Counted from the first letter of the stretch, positions 45,141 to 54,061 are shown. The stretch: DNA of 55,255 bases from Deltaproteobacteria bacterium (GCA_016874915.1 VGSW01000002.1:1-55255), one strand, 5' to 3'. Notes: generated by a model from the sequence alone, not told the origin. Made by a program: numbers and translations.

Positions 45141-48100
45141 CCCGTCGCGGCGGAACTGGGGCGCCGCTATCCCTTCATCCAGGGGGCCATGACTTGGATC
45201 ACCGATGTCCCGGCCTTCGCCCGGGAGGTGGCCGACGCCGGCGGCCTCCCCACCCTGGCTCTAGGGCTTATGGACCCCAAGGTCCTGGAGGAAAAGTGGG
45301 GCGGGCTCCAGGAGGTCATGGGGGACCGGCCCTTTGCGGTGAACCTCATCGCGTTGCCGGAAAATCCCCACCGGGACCACCAACTGGCCTGGATAATAGA
45401 GCGGCGCCCCCGCTTCGCGGTCATCGCCGCCGGCGACCCTCACTATGGGGCCCAATTGCGCCAACACGGCCTGGAGGTCATGTACCTGGCCCCCAACGAG
45501 GACCTAATACGACTGGCCGGCGCCGCCGGCATCCGCTATCTCATTCTGGAAGGCAATGAAGCCGGCGGCCACGTGGGACCGCACACCACTTTGAGCCAGG
45601 CCCAGATCGCCTTATCTTTGAAGCGCCGGGAGCCCGACCTTCTCAAAGATCGCCGCATCATCCTGGCCGGGGGCATCTACAACCGGGAAACCGCGTTCAT
45701 GGCCGCCATGTTGGGCGCGGACGCCATTCAGATGGGCACCGCCTACCTGGCTACCCGGGAGATGGTGGCCACCGGCGCCCTCACCGCGCTCTATCAGCAG
45801 ATGATCCTGAAAGCCTTGCCGGGTGACACCGCGGTTACCGGGGAAGCCGCCGGGCTCCGGGTCCGGTCTTTAAAGACCCCCATAATTGACCGCGTAGCCG
45901 CCCTGGAGCGCGACTTCCTGGCCCAAAAGGAAGATGAAACCTCCTTCCGCCAAAAAATGGAGGCCCTGGCCGCGGGGAGTCTGTTAATTGCCGCCCGGGG
46001 GTTGGACGGACCTGACGGCCCAGTTTTGCCTGAGGAGAGCTGCCTCAGCCAGGGACAGTTCATGAGCGGGGCCTGCGCCGGAGCCATCAACCGGGTGCAA
46101 ACGGTGGCCGACCTGCACCGGGACCTGGCAGAAGGGCCCCTTTCTTTGAGCCGGGTGGACCTTCAGCCCGGCCCTTACCCGGACCGCCGGACGGCCAGGG
46201 CCAAATCTCCGGGCCGGGAGCGCCTGGCCATCACCGGAATGAGCCTGGTCAATGCCCTGGGAAACTCCCCGGAAGAGGTGTGGGCCGCCAGCCTGGCCAT
46301 GCAGAGCGGCATCACCTGGGTGCCTCCCGAACGGTGGGACCACCTGGTTTACTACGACCCCCGGCCTCGCACCCCGGAAAAGACTTACTGCCGGGTGGGG
46401 GCGTTTCACCGCCTGGAGATCCATCGCAAAGACCTGGGCATCGCGCCCCAGGATTTTCGCACCATGACCCAGGCCACCCGCCTTACCCTGTGGCTGGCGG
46501 CCCGGGCCATCGGCCAGTCCGGGATTTTAGACGCTGACATCCCCCCGGAGCGCATCGCGGTGCTCATCTCCCAGAACTCCGGCGAAGCCGCGGCCACTCT
46601 CCGGGACCTGATAGTCCGGGGTTCGCTGGAGGAGATTTTCCACTCCATCAGCCAGGTTATCCCTCTTTCCCCGGAACTTAAGGAGGCCCTGGCCCGGGAA
46701 GTGAAGTCGGGGCGTCTGGCCATCGACGACACTACCCTGCTGGGCCGGCTCAACTGCACCGCCGCGGGGTTCATCACCCAGAAGTACGGCTTCCAAGGCC
46801 CCAGCTACGCAGTGTCCGCGGCTTGCGCCACTTCCCTGGTGGCCCTTTATAGCGCTATCCAGATGATCCGCAACGGCGTTATTGACGCGGCCATTGTGGG
46901 GGGTGGGGAAGAAAATCTCACGCCCATGCACTTCCTGGAATTTTCCGCCCTGGGAGCCCTGGCGGGCATCTCCGAGCAGGAGTGCCACCCCGCGGAGAGC
47001 AGCCGCCCCTTTGACCGCACCCGGGACGGCATGGTGCTGGGGGAGGGCGGCGCCATGATTGTAGTGGAGCGGGAGTCCCTGGCCCGCCGCCGGGGCGCCC
47101 GGGTGCACGCCTATATCACCGCCGCGGGGGCCTCCAACAGCCACCAGGGCCTGGTGGAGTCATCCCGGGAAGTACAGGAGATTGCCATCCGGGCCTCCTT
47201 CGACGACGCCCCTTACGGCCCCGAGGCCGTGGACCTGGTGGAATGCCACGCCACCGCCACCTTCCAGGGAGATGTTGAAGAAGTGCACGCCCTGAAAACC
47301 TTTTTCCAGGGCAAAAGCCGGACGGTGCTCTCCTCCTTCAAGTCTCAGATCGGACACAACCTGGGGGCCTCGGGGCTGAACAGTCTCATCCGGGGGATCA
47401 CGGCCATGCGGGCCAAGACCTTTCCCCCTACTCTCAATTACCAAAACCCCGACCCGGAAATGGCCATTGAGGGGTCAGGCCTCCTGGTGGCCACCGAACC
47501 CCTGGATTGGCCCTCCCCCAATGGCCTCCCCCGGCGGTTCCAGGTCAACTCCTTCGGCTTCGGGGGTTCCAACTACGTTATGCACCTGGAAGAATCCCTG
47601 GAGGAAGGAGACGCGGTGCTGGTTTCCCCCCCAGAGGTCCTCCCGCCCGCAGAATCGCCCGTTCCCGAGGGAGGCGAGCTCCAAGGGATTGCCTGCTTCC
47701 AGACCACCCTGGACGGCGCTCCCTACCGGGTGGCGGTGGTGGCGGATTCCCCGGCCGAAGCCCGCTCCCGGGCGGAAAAGATATTATCCCAGGCGACGCC
47801 GGGGATTTCTGCCAAGACCCTGAGGATGCTGGGGCGGCAGGGCCTGTTCCTGGGGGCGGCGGAGGAAGAAATCCCGCCTCTGGCCCTGGTCTTTCCCGGG
47901 CAAGGAGCACAATATCAGGGCATGGGGCACGAGCTGTACCGGGCCTTCCCGGTCATCCGCCACTGGTTGGACCGGGCCGCAGCATGGGCCGACTTTGACC
48001 TTCTTAGCCTGCTGTTCCACGACCGGGAAGAGGACCTCCAGAAAACCCGGTGGCAACAGCCCGCCACTTTTTCCCTGGAACTGGCCATGGCGCAGCACCT

Positions 48101-51100
48101 GCTCCCCCTGGGGCTTGAGCCCGCGGCCATGGCCGGCCACAGCCTGGGAGAGCTCACGGCTCTGGCCTGCGCCGGAGTTTTTTCCTGTGAAGACGGCTTC
48201 CGGCTGGTAAACAAGCGGGCCCAGTGCATGGACCAAGCCTCCGCCCTCCACGCGGACCCCGGCATCATGATCGCCACCGACGCCCCCCTGGATCTGGTGG
48301 AGAGAGAGGTCCGGGGGCGGGACGGCGTCTATTTCACCAACTACAACGCCCCCCAACAGGTGGTGTTGGGGGGAAGTACCCAGGCTCTCCTATCCCTGCG
48401 GGAGGAAATCAAGACCCGGGGATACCGGGCCACTCAGCTGCGGGTGAGCATGGCCTTTCACTCGCCGATGATGCGGGTCATCCGGGACGAGCTGGAAGAA
48501 TTCGTCAGCCACATCGCCTTCCATCCTCCCCGCATCCCGGTGATCTCCAACACCACCCGGCTGCCATATCCCTCGGACCCGGTGGAGATCAAGAAGACCA
48601 TCATGGCCCATCTGGAGTCGCCGGTCCACTGGATGGAGAACGTTCGGACCCTATGGCGGGACTACGGCATCCGGTTTTTCCTGGAGGTGGGACCTGGGGA
48701 CACGTTGAGCAATCTCATCAGTCAAACCCTGGAAGAACCCCAGTGCCTCCCCACCTGCCTGCCCCAGGCCGAGGCCCACACCTTCAAAACCGCTGTGGCC
48801 CAACTCCTGGCCGGGGGGCATCTTCCGGCTCCCCGGCCGATGTTACGGTTATCCATTGCTCCGGCCCCTAAACTCCAGCCGGTATCTCCGGCTCCCGCGG
48901 GGGCCAGCCCTGACCCGGTGGGGAGCATCATCCAGCGGGAGATCAACGCCTTTGTTTTGAAGACTTTCGGGGAGGTTCTGAAGCCGGACCTTATTCAGGC
49001 CCTTCGCCGGGAGTACGATCCCCGATTCTCGGAAGAAAGCCTGGAACGCTATTTAAATTCTTGGAGTTCGCTCCCGGTGCGGTCCCCGGACCCGGCACCG
49101 GGAGCAGCGGCTGTGGTCCCCCAGGCCATACCGCCGCCGGCGACTTCTCCGCCGGAAGAGGGAGCGGACCTCCTGGAAGAGGTTATCGGCCTCATCATGG
49201 CGGCCACCGGCTACGAGCGGGATGAAATCGAGCCGGACATGGACCTCCGGGCCGACCTGGCCATCCGCTCCAGCCGCATTCCCGTCATCATGGACGCCGC
49301 GGAAACCAGGTTCGGCATCCAGATCAAGCTGGAGGACTTCCTGAAGGTGCGCACGGTCCGGGATCTGGCCGTCCGCCTCCATGAGGTCATAGTTCGAAGC
49401 GGAGACCAAGGCGCTTCCGGGGTCACAATTTCTATGCTGACAAGTCCTTCGGCACCGGGTGTGGCCCCCCAGCCCGGAGCCGCAAAGCCCTTGAAACGGC
49501 TGGCATTCTCCTCCGCCCCCCTCCCCTCCAGCAGCAGCCCCAGGCCCTTGGAGTTTCAGACCTCGGATACCCTGGCCATCCTCACCCTTAAGGGGGATTC
49601 GATCCTGGGACGAAATGTCCAGGAGTTTTTCAGCCGAGAATATGGGGCGGCGACTCTACCGGTGGCCATGCTAGGAAAACCCGGCTCCGAAACTCTGGGG
49701 TTTGATTTGCGCGCTCCGGAAGAGGTCCGGAAGGCGGTGGCGCGGTTAGTTCAAGAAACCTCCCTGGCTGGCCTCCTGTTCGTTCTGGACGAGACGCTGA
49801 ACGAAGAACTCCAGGATGGGGCCGACCTCACCCCCGTGCTGACCGGCTGCTTTGCCCTGGTGCAGGCCCTTGCCGCCTCGCCTCACAAGAAACTGGCCCT
49901 GGCTCTATACGCCGGGGCTGAAGGGGCCCCTGGCAACATCTTGATTCAAGGGCTTTTGGGGATGTTCCTCACCGCCGCCCTGGAGTATCCCGAGGTCCAG
50001 TTCCGCACCTTGAGGGTGGATCACGAAACCGATCTTCCCCTGGCTCTGCGTCAATCCCTGGACCTTAACCAACCGGTTATCGACACCATCTACCGACAGG
50101 GCGCGGCTTTCACTTTAAAAGGACGAGTAGCCCTCCTGGACGGGAGCAAGGCCGCCGGTCTGGTTCTGAATCCGGGAGAGGTGGTGGTGTTCTCCGGGGG
50201 CGGCTACGGCGTCACCGCCCACCTGGTCCGAAGCCTGGCGCCTTTCCAGCCCCGGGTAGTCCTCCTGGGACGCACCCCCACCGAGTTCGACCCGGAAATC
50301 AACCGGCTGCTTCTGGCGCCGGAGCCGTCGGAGAAGGCTCTCCGCTGGGAGATAATGAAACGCCGGCCGGACATCTCCCGGGAGGACTTAACCCGGGAAA
50401 TGTCGCGTCTCCTCCAGGCCCGCACCGTGCTTAAAACTCTTGACGACCTCAGGGCCGGGGGGGTGGAGGTGGCTTATTACACTTGTGATGTCACGGACCC
50501 GGGGCAGGTTATGGGCGTCATCCAGGAGATCGGGCAACGTTATGGCCCCATTGCCGGCATCGTCCACGGCGCCGGGATTCTCCGGGACGGCCTGCTGTCC
50601 CACATGTCCCCGGAAGAGTTCGCCGCGGTGTGCCGGGTCAAATTCCTGGGGGCCTTGAATCTCTTTACCGCGGCCGCCCCCGCGGAGCTCCGGTTCCTGG
50701 TGGCCCTCTCCTCGGCCGCCGCCATTCAGGGCAACCGGGGCCAGGCCAACTATACCGCCGCCAACCGCATGATGTCCGCGCTCCTGGAGGACCTCCGGAG
50801 AAGACACCCCCACCTGCAGTGCAAGGCCCTGATGCTGCCTCCCGTGAGCGGGTCGGGCATGGCCGCCGATTCCCAAGTCCGCCGTTTTCTGGAGAAGATG
50901 GGGGTGGGCTATGTTGAACCTGAAGAAGTTGCGGAACTTTTTCGCCAGGAACTGTTTTTAGGGAAGGCCCAAGACGTCTGGGCAATGTTCATGACCCAGA
51001 TGCCCAATATCCCCCAGGTGGCCCTGGATACCACTTCTCCGGCCCCTGAGCCAAAATTCCTGCAGGTCCAGACCATGAGTTTTCCGGCCCCTAATTTTCC

Positions 51101-52004
51101 CCTGGTGGACACTGTCCTGGAAGCGGATTACCAGGAGGGGCTATTAAGGGCGGCCCGAACCTTCTCCTGGGAAAGGGACTTGTGGCTCCCGGACCACAAA
51201 CCCTTTAAGTTTCTCAAGCATCCCCTGGTCTCCACCATCATGGCCTTAGAGGCTTTCATGGAGGCCTCCCGGCTCCTTTATCCTCATCTGCAGGTGCGGG
51301 GAGTGCGCCAGGCCGAGTTCCGGGAGATCATCGAGTGTCCTCTTGACGCCTCCGTGACGTCGGAGATCACCTGCCGCGGTCATCAGGAATCCGGGGGAGT
51401 AATCTGCCGGCTCACGTTGGAAACTCCCCTGCTGTCTCCCTCGGGAAGAGTCCTGGACCAAAAGGCGCTCAACTTCCGAGCCCAGGTGATCCTGGACGGG
51501 GGGGCCTCGCCCCGGTGGCCGGAAATACCCGGATTTCCCGTGAACCTGAAGGACCTGGACACCCGTCCCGCCGGGTTAGCGGAAATCTCCGGATGGTATG
51601 ACAAACATACCGACATGCAGGGCCGTTACCGGGTGGTGGAGCATCTGGACGGCTCCGGCCCGGAAAAAGCCCGGGGCGCCATGACCTATCGGGACAGTCA
51701 AGATTTCTCCACTCCCGGCGCCCCCGTCCGGCAGTATCCCGCTTATATTCTGGAAGGAGTCATGCATCTGGTGAATTTTTATTACAGCATGAGGGATGAA
51801 GATAACCCCCGCACTCTGATCCCCGTGGGCATCCAGGAGATGGTCTTTTCCCGCCCGTGCCGGGATGGGGAAAAGATCATTCTGGAGGCATTGTTGCGGG
51901 AAGAGGACCCCAAAGGGGTGATCTGGGACGCGCGGGCCTTGGATGCGGAAGGCCAGCCCCTGATGATGGTGGCGGGGCTCCGGATGCAGTGGTTCAAGGA
52001 GTAA
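44121..52004 (+). CDS. Type I PKS/FAS-like megasynthase: NMO-like (degenerate) - NMO/FabK-type enoyl reductase - KS - AT - ACP - KR - DH
   Basis: 2627 aa. The domain motifs were all read directly and are listed in the domain features below. Confidence 0.9.
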   Translation: MDFHHERQIIATVWRPEEISPGVVHMARATGTKTIFDLSQADIAACRPALRAAAGGDAAFLKISPAALMDDSLSGLLQAANINGIFVEIHPLLLDGDPGRFLSRLEEMSERFLAIPILSDVGLIFQAWDRYPGLTHMALKGCEAAGLVSTESIFSLYSALRDRFREREEGPALYIWGGVATPEAAAAFLSSGARGIVLESLHWLTDLVQGGEPARQGLAKLRPDHTQLVGLNLEAPYRVFNKGNSLAVRDLQEWAASGPGGGSREHRRAFVHKAAQEAVHPLASRFHRDELIPLGVEAAFAQEFADRYGAATEAALTGFLEDVASQCSRAPEKARAFLESPVAAELGRRYPFIQGAMTWITDVPAFAREVADAGGLPTLALGLMDPKVLEEKWGGLQEVMGDRPFAVNLIALPENPHRDHQLAWIIERRPRFAVIAAGDPHYGAQLRQHGLEVMYLAPNEDLIRLAGAAGIRYLILEGNEAGGHVGPHTTLSQAQIALSLKRREPDLLKDRRIILAGGIYNRETAFMAAMLGADAIQMGTAYLATREMVATGALTALYQQMILKALPGDTAVTGEAAGLRVRSLKTPIIDRVAALERDFLAQKEDETSFRQKMEALAAGSLLIAARGLDGPDGPVLPEESCLSQGQFMSGACAGAINRVQTVADLHRDLAEGPLSLSRVDLQPGPYPDRRTARAKSPGRERLAITGMSLVNALGNSPEEVWAASLAMQSGITWVPPERWDHLVYYDPRPRTPEKTYCRVGAFHRLEIHRKDLGIAPQDFRTMTQATRLTLWLAARAIGQSGILDADIPPERIAVLISQNSGEAAATLRDLIVRGSLEEIFHSISQVIPLSPELKEALAREVKSGRLAIDDTTLLGRLNCTAAGFITQKYGFQGPSYAVSAACATSLVALYSAIQMIRNGVIDAAIVGGGEENLTPMHFLEFSALGALAGISEQECHPAESSRPFDRTRDGMVLGEGGAMIVVERESLARRRGARVHAYITAAGASNSHQGLVESSREVQEIAIRASFDDAPYGPEAVDLVECHATATFQGDVEEVHALKTFFQGKSRTVLSSFKSQIGHNLGASGLNSLIRGITAMRAKTFPPTLNYQNPDPEMAIEGSGLLVATEPLDWPSPNGLPRRFQVNSFGFGGSNYVMHLEESLEEGDAVLVSPPEVLPPAESPVPEGGELQGIACFQTTLDGAPYRVAVVADSPAEARSRAEKILSQATPGISAKTLRMLGRQGLFLGAAEEEIPPLALVFPGQGAQYQGMGHELYRAFPVIRHWLDRAAAWADFDLLSLLFHDREEDLQKTRWQQPATFSLELAMAQHLLPLGLEPAAMAGHSLGELTALACAGVFSCEDGFRLVNKRAQCMDQASALHADPGIMIATDAPLDLVEREVRGRDGVYFTNYNAPQQVVLGGSTQALLSLREEIKTRGYRATQLRVSMAFHSPMMRVIRDELEEFVSHIAFHPPRIPVISNTTRLPYPSDPVEIKKTIMAHLESPVHWMENVRTLWRDYGIRFFLEVGPGDTLSNLISQTLEEPQCLPTCLPQAEAHTFKTAVAQLLAGGHLPAPRPMLRLSIAPAPKLQPVSPAPAGASPDPVGSIIQREINAFVLKTFGEVLKPDLIQALRREYDPRFSEESLERYLNSWSSLPVRSPDPAPGAAAVVPQAIPPPATSPPEEGADLLEEVIGLIMAATGYERDEIEPDMDLRADLAIRSSRIPVIMDAAETRFGIQIKLEDFLKVRTVRDLAVRLHEVIVRSGDQGASGVTISMLTSPSAPGVAPQPGAAKPLKRLAFSSAPLPSSSSPRPLEFQTSDTLAILTLKGDSILGRNVQEFFSREYGAATLPVAMLGKPGSETLGFDLRAPEEVRKAVARLVQETSLAGLLFVLDETLNEELQDGADLTPVLTGCFALVQALAASPHKKLALALYAGAEGAPGNILIQGLLGMFLTAALEYPEVQFRTLRVDHETDLPLALRQSLDLNQPVIDTIYRQGAAFTLKGRVALLDGSKAAGLVLNPGEVVVFSGGGYGVTAHLVRSLAPFQPRVVLLGRTPTEFDPEINRLLLAPEPSEKALRWEIMKRRPDISREDLTREMSRLLQARTVLKTLDDLRAGGVEVAYYTCDVTDPGQVMGVIQEIGQRYGPIAGIVHGAGILRDGLLSHMSPEEFAAVCRVKFLGALNLFTAAAPAELRFLVALSSAAAIQGNRGQANYTAANRMMSALLEDLRRRHPHLQCKALMLPPVSGSGMAADSQVRRFLEKMGVGYVEPEEVAELFRQELFLGKAQDVWAMFMTQMPNIPQVALDTTSPAPEPKFLQVQTMSFPAPNFPLVDTVLEADYQEGLLRAARTFSWERDLWLPDHKPFKFLKHPLVSTIMALEAFMEASRLLYPHLQVRGVRQAEFREIIECPLDASVTSEITCRGHQESGGVICRLTLETPLLSPSGRVLDQKALNFRAQVILDGGASPRWPEIPGFPVNLKDLDTRPAGLAEISGWYDKHTDMQGRYRVVEHLDGSGPEKARGAMTYRDSQDFSTPGAPVRQYPAYILEGVMHLVNFYYSMRDEDNPRTLIPVGIQEMVFSRPCRDGEKIILEALLREEDPKGVIWDARALDAEGQPLMMVAGLRMQWFKE
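45170..46100 (+). other. Domain: NMO/PfaD/FabK-type enoyl reductase
   Basis: 'FIQGAMTWITD', 'GGLPTLALG', 'ILEGNEAGGHVG', 'AGGIYN...GADAIQMGTAYLAT'. Confidence 0.75.
46215..47600 (+). other. Domain: ketosynthase
   Basis: 'AVSAACATSLVAL' (Cys), 'ECHATATFQGD' (His), 'KSQIGHNLGASG' (His), 'FGFGGSNYVMHLE'. Confidence 0.9.
47880..48720 (+). other. Domain: acyltransferase
   Basis: 'FPGQGAQYQGMG', 'GHSLGE', 'AFHSPMM'. Confidence 0.9.
49165..49385 (+). other. Domain: single acyl carrier protein with atypical Ser motif
   Basis: 'DMDLRADLAIRSSRIPVIMDAAETRFGIQI' occupies the place of the canonical DLG.DS(L/I) motif. Confidence 0.65.
50180..50900 (+). other. Domain: ketoreductase (catalytic subdomain)
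   Basis: 'VVFSGGGYGVTAHLVRSLA' (Rossmann), 'IVHGAG', 'SSAAAIQGNRGQANYTAANR' (Y-x-x-x-N). Confidence 0.8.
51100..52001 (+). other. Domain: PKS-type dehydratase (double hot-dog)
   Basis: 'LWLPDHKPFKFLKHPLVSTIMALEAFMEA' (His motif region) and 'YPAYILEGVMHLV' (compare LDxxxQ/H). Confidence 0.6.
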
Positions 52005-52011
52005 AGTTGCC

Positions 52012-52746
52012 ATGATCGGCTTTCTCCCCACATCGATTTCAGCCCTGTTGCCGGGATCTTCCGGGGGCGCCGGCGTCAGTGGCGTTGGGTTGGAGGTCCT
52101 GACCCCCTTCCCCCATGGAGGGCTCATTCTGGTGGCATCCATGGAACTGTTCCCGGAATGGCCGCAAAACCCCCAGCACTGCCGTTTTTTTCAGGACCCA
52201 AAAGATTTTTTGGCTAATTACCTGTGGCGGGAGTGGATGGCCCGGGTGGGTGGCCATGGCAGCCCTGGCGATCCCGGACTCCAGCCCGGTGAGGTCGTCC
52301 TGGCCGCAGACAACTTGGGCAAACCATTCCTCCGGGGAGCACCCCACCCGGCTCCGGCTATCTCTTTCAGCCGGGGCGGCAGCCGCTTATGGGCCGCCCT
52401 GGGGGGCGCGCCCTCCGGATTGGGGCTGGATGCCGCTTCATCTCGGGAATTCGCCGGCGGGTATCCCTGGCATCGGGTCTTTCATGACCTGGAACTGGAG
52501 CATAGCCAAAAATATACCGGGGGTGATCGGCCGGAGGCCGCCGCGCTCTTGTGGTCCGCCAAGGAAGCCGCGGTGAAATCCCTGGGCTGCGCCTTCCACT
52601 TTTTCGGCCCTCGGCATCTCCGGGTCAGGTTCGCCGGACCATGGCCCCAGGGCCTTCTCTGGCAGGTGATCCTCTCCGGCGTCGGGGTAGTCCGCGGCGC
52701 CTCCCTGCGCCGGGAAGGCGTCTGGCTTTCCCTGGCCCTGGGCTGA
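52012..52746 (+). CDS. Sfp/HetI-type 4'-phosphopantetheinyl transferase
   Basis: 244 aa. 'WSAKEAAVKSLG' (the W/F-x-x-KE-A-x-x-K motif). It starts 8 nt after the megasynthase stop. Confidence 0.8.
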   Translation: MIGFLPTSISALLPGSSGGAGVSGVGLEVLTPFPHGGLILVASMELFPEWPQNPQHCRFFQDPKDFLANYLWREWMARVGGHGSPGDPGLQPGEVVLAADNLGKPFLRGAPHPAPAISFSRGGSRLWAALGGAPSGLGLDAASSREFAGGYPWHRVFHDLELEHSQKYTGGDRPEAAALLWSAKEAAVKSLGCAFHFFGPRHLRVRFAGPWPQGLLWQVILSGVGVVRGASLRREGVWLSLALG

Positions 52747-52771
52747 GAGGCTTCCCATTAACATGAAGCTA

Positions 52772-52846
52772 TTGCAAAAGTAATTTTGAAGGAAGGGCCG
52801 GGGGATAACCAATCCCCCGCCCTCCCCCAGAATCCTTTCGTAACAG
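52772..52846. repeat. REP-like GC-rich palindromic element, copy c (about 75-bp imperfect palindrome)
   Basis: TTGCAAAAGTAATTTTG-AAGGAAGGGCCGGGGGA-TAACCAA-TCCCCCGCCCTCCCC-CAGAATCCTTTCGTAACAG. Confidence 0.6.
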
Positions 52847-52870
52847 TCTCAACATGAAGGAATTAATCCC

Positions 52871-53848
52871 ATGCGCGCCTTGGTGACCGGGGCCAGCGGG
52901 TTCATCGGCAGCCACCTGGTGGAACGCCTGCTGGCCGAAGGCGCCCAGGTCAAGTGCCTGGTGCGCCGCCACAGCAATCTCCGCTGGCTGAAGAACCTGC
53001 CCGTGATCCTGTCCCCGGGGGACTTCCAGGACCCGGCCTCCCTGGCGCGAGCCGTGAGGGACGTGGAGGAAGTCTATCATGTGGCCGGGGCCACCCGGGC
53101 GGCCCGGCGGGCGGAATATTTTCGGGCCAATCATCAGGCCACCGTAAATCTCCTGAGAGCCTGCCGGGACCATGGCCCCCCCGGGCAAAAGTTCATTTTC
53201 ATCTCCAGCCTGGCCGCCGCCGGTCCCAGCGCCGGTGAGCCTCTCGCCGAGGATACACCCTCCCGCCCGGTGTCCGCTTACGGCGCCTCCAAGCTCCTGG
53301 CGGAGCAGGCGGTCCTAAATTTCAGCCGGCAGCGCTCCGCCACCATCATCCGCCCCCCGGTGGTGTACGGGCCTCGGGATCAGGAGGCCCTGCTTCTGTT
53401 CCGGAGCGTCCAACGGGGCTTCCATATCATCCCGGGCCGGGGGGCCCAGCGGTTGAGCCTGGTGCATATTCAGGACCTGGTGGCCGGCATTTTGCTGGCC
53501 TCCCGACGGGCTCAAGGCCGGGGCGAAATTTATTACCTTTCGGGAGAACAGGATTGCGATTGGCAGGATCTGGGGGAGTGCCTGGGCCGGGTCCTGGGCC
53601 GCCGGGTTCGCACTCTTTACGCGCCCGGCTGGATGATCCACCTGGCGGGCCTGGCCGGCTCCGCCATCTCCCAGTTGTCCCGTACTCCGGCCCTTTGGAA
53701 CCTGGACAAGGTGAAAGAAATAAGGCAGACCTACTGGCTCTGCAGTTGCCGGAAAGCCCGGATGGAATTGGGATTCCAACCGGTCATGGATCTAAGCGAG
53801 GGATTGACCGCCACGGCCGCCTGGTACCGCCGGATGGGCTGGCTTTAG
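52871..53848 (+). CDS. NAD(P)-dependent epimerase/dehydratase-family SDR
   Basis: 325 aa. 'LVTGASGFIGSHLVERLL' (GxxGxxG), 'YGASK' (YxxxK). Confidence 0.9.
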   Translation: MRALVTGASGFIGSHLVERLLAEGAQVKCLVRRHSNLRWLKNLPVILSPGDFQDPASLARAVRDVEEVYHVAGATRAARRAEYFRANHQATVNLLRACRDHGPPGQKFIFISSLAAAGPSAGEPLAEDTPSRPVSAYGASKLLAEQAVLNFSRQRSATIIRPPVVYGPRDQEALLLFRSVQRGFHIIPGRGAQRLSLVHIQDLVAGILLASRRAQGRGEIYYLSGEQDCDWQDLGECLGRVLGRRVRTLYAPGWMIHLAGLAGSAISQLSRTPALWNLDKVKEIRQTYWLCSCRKARMELGFQPVMDLSEGLTATAAWYRRMGWL

Positions 53849-54049
53849 GTTGAGTGGCCTCCGCTCCCTGGAGCCTACCGGGTGCTGCGCTACCAGGCGC
53901 CGGTGGCCGTTTTCACTTTAACCGCAGAGGACCTGGCGGCCGCGGGGGTACGGGAGGCCGGGCCGGAAATTGCCGTGGTGGGGACGCTGCACACCGAAAA
54001 TTTGGGCATCGAGCGCCTCATCCAGAATGTCCTGGCCAACCCCCACTAG
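53849..54049 (+). pseudogene. Remnant of an MtrA-like (tetrahydromethanopterin S-methyltransferase subunit A family) gene: N-terminal ~65 codons only
   Basis: In-frame 'EWPPLPGAYRVLRYQAPVAVFTLTAEDLAAAGVREAGPEIAVVGTLHTENLGIERLIQNVLANPH*' matches the MtrA N-terminus (GWP..GEY.V...V.TL.S...TENLGIEK...N...NPNIRF). No start codon precedes it, because the frame opens right after the SDR stop. TAG interrupts at the NPN-IRF position. Confidence 0.6.
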
Positions 54050-54061
54050 ATTTCCTTGCTC

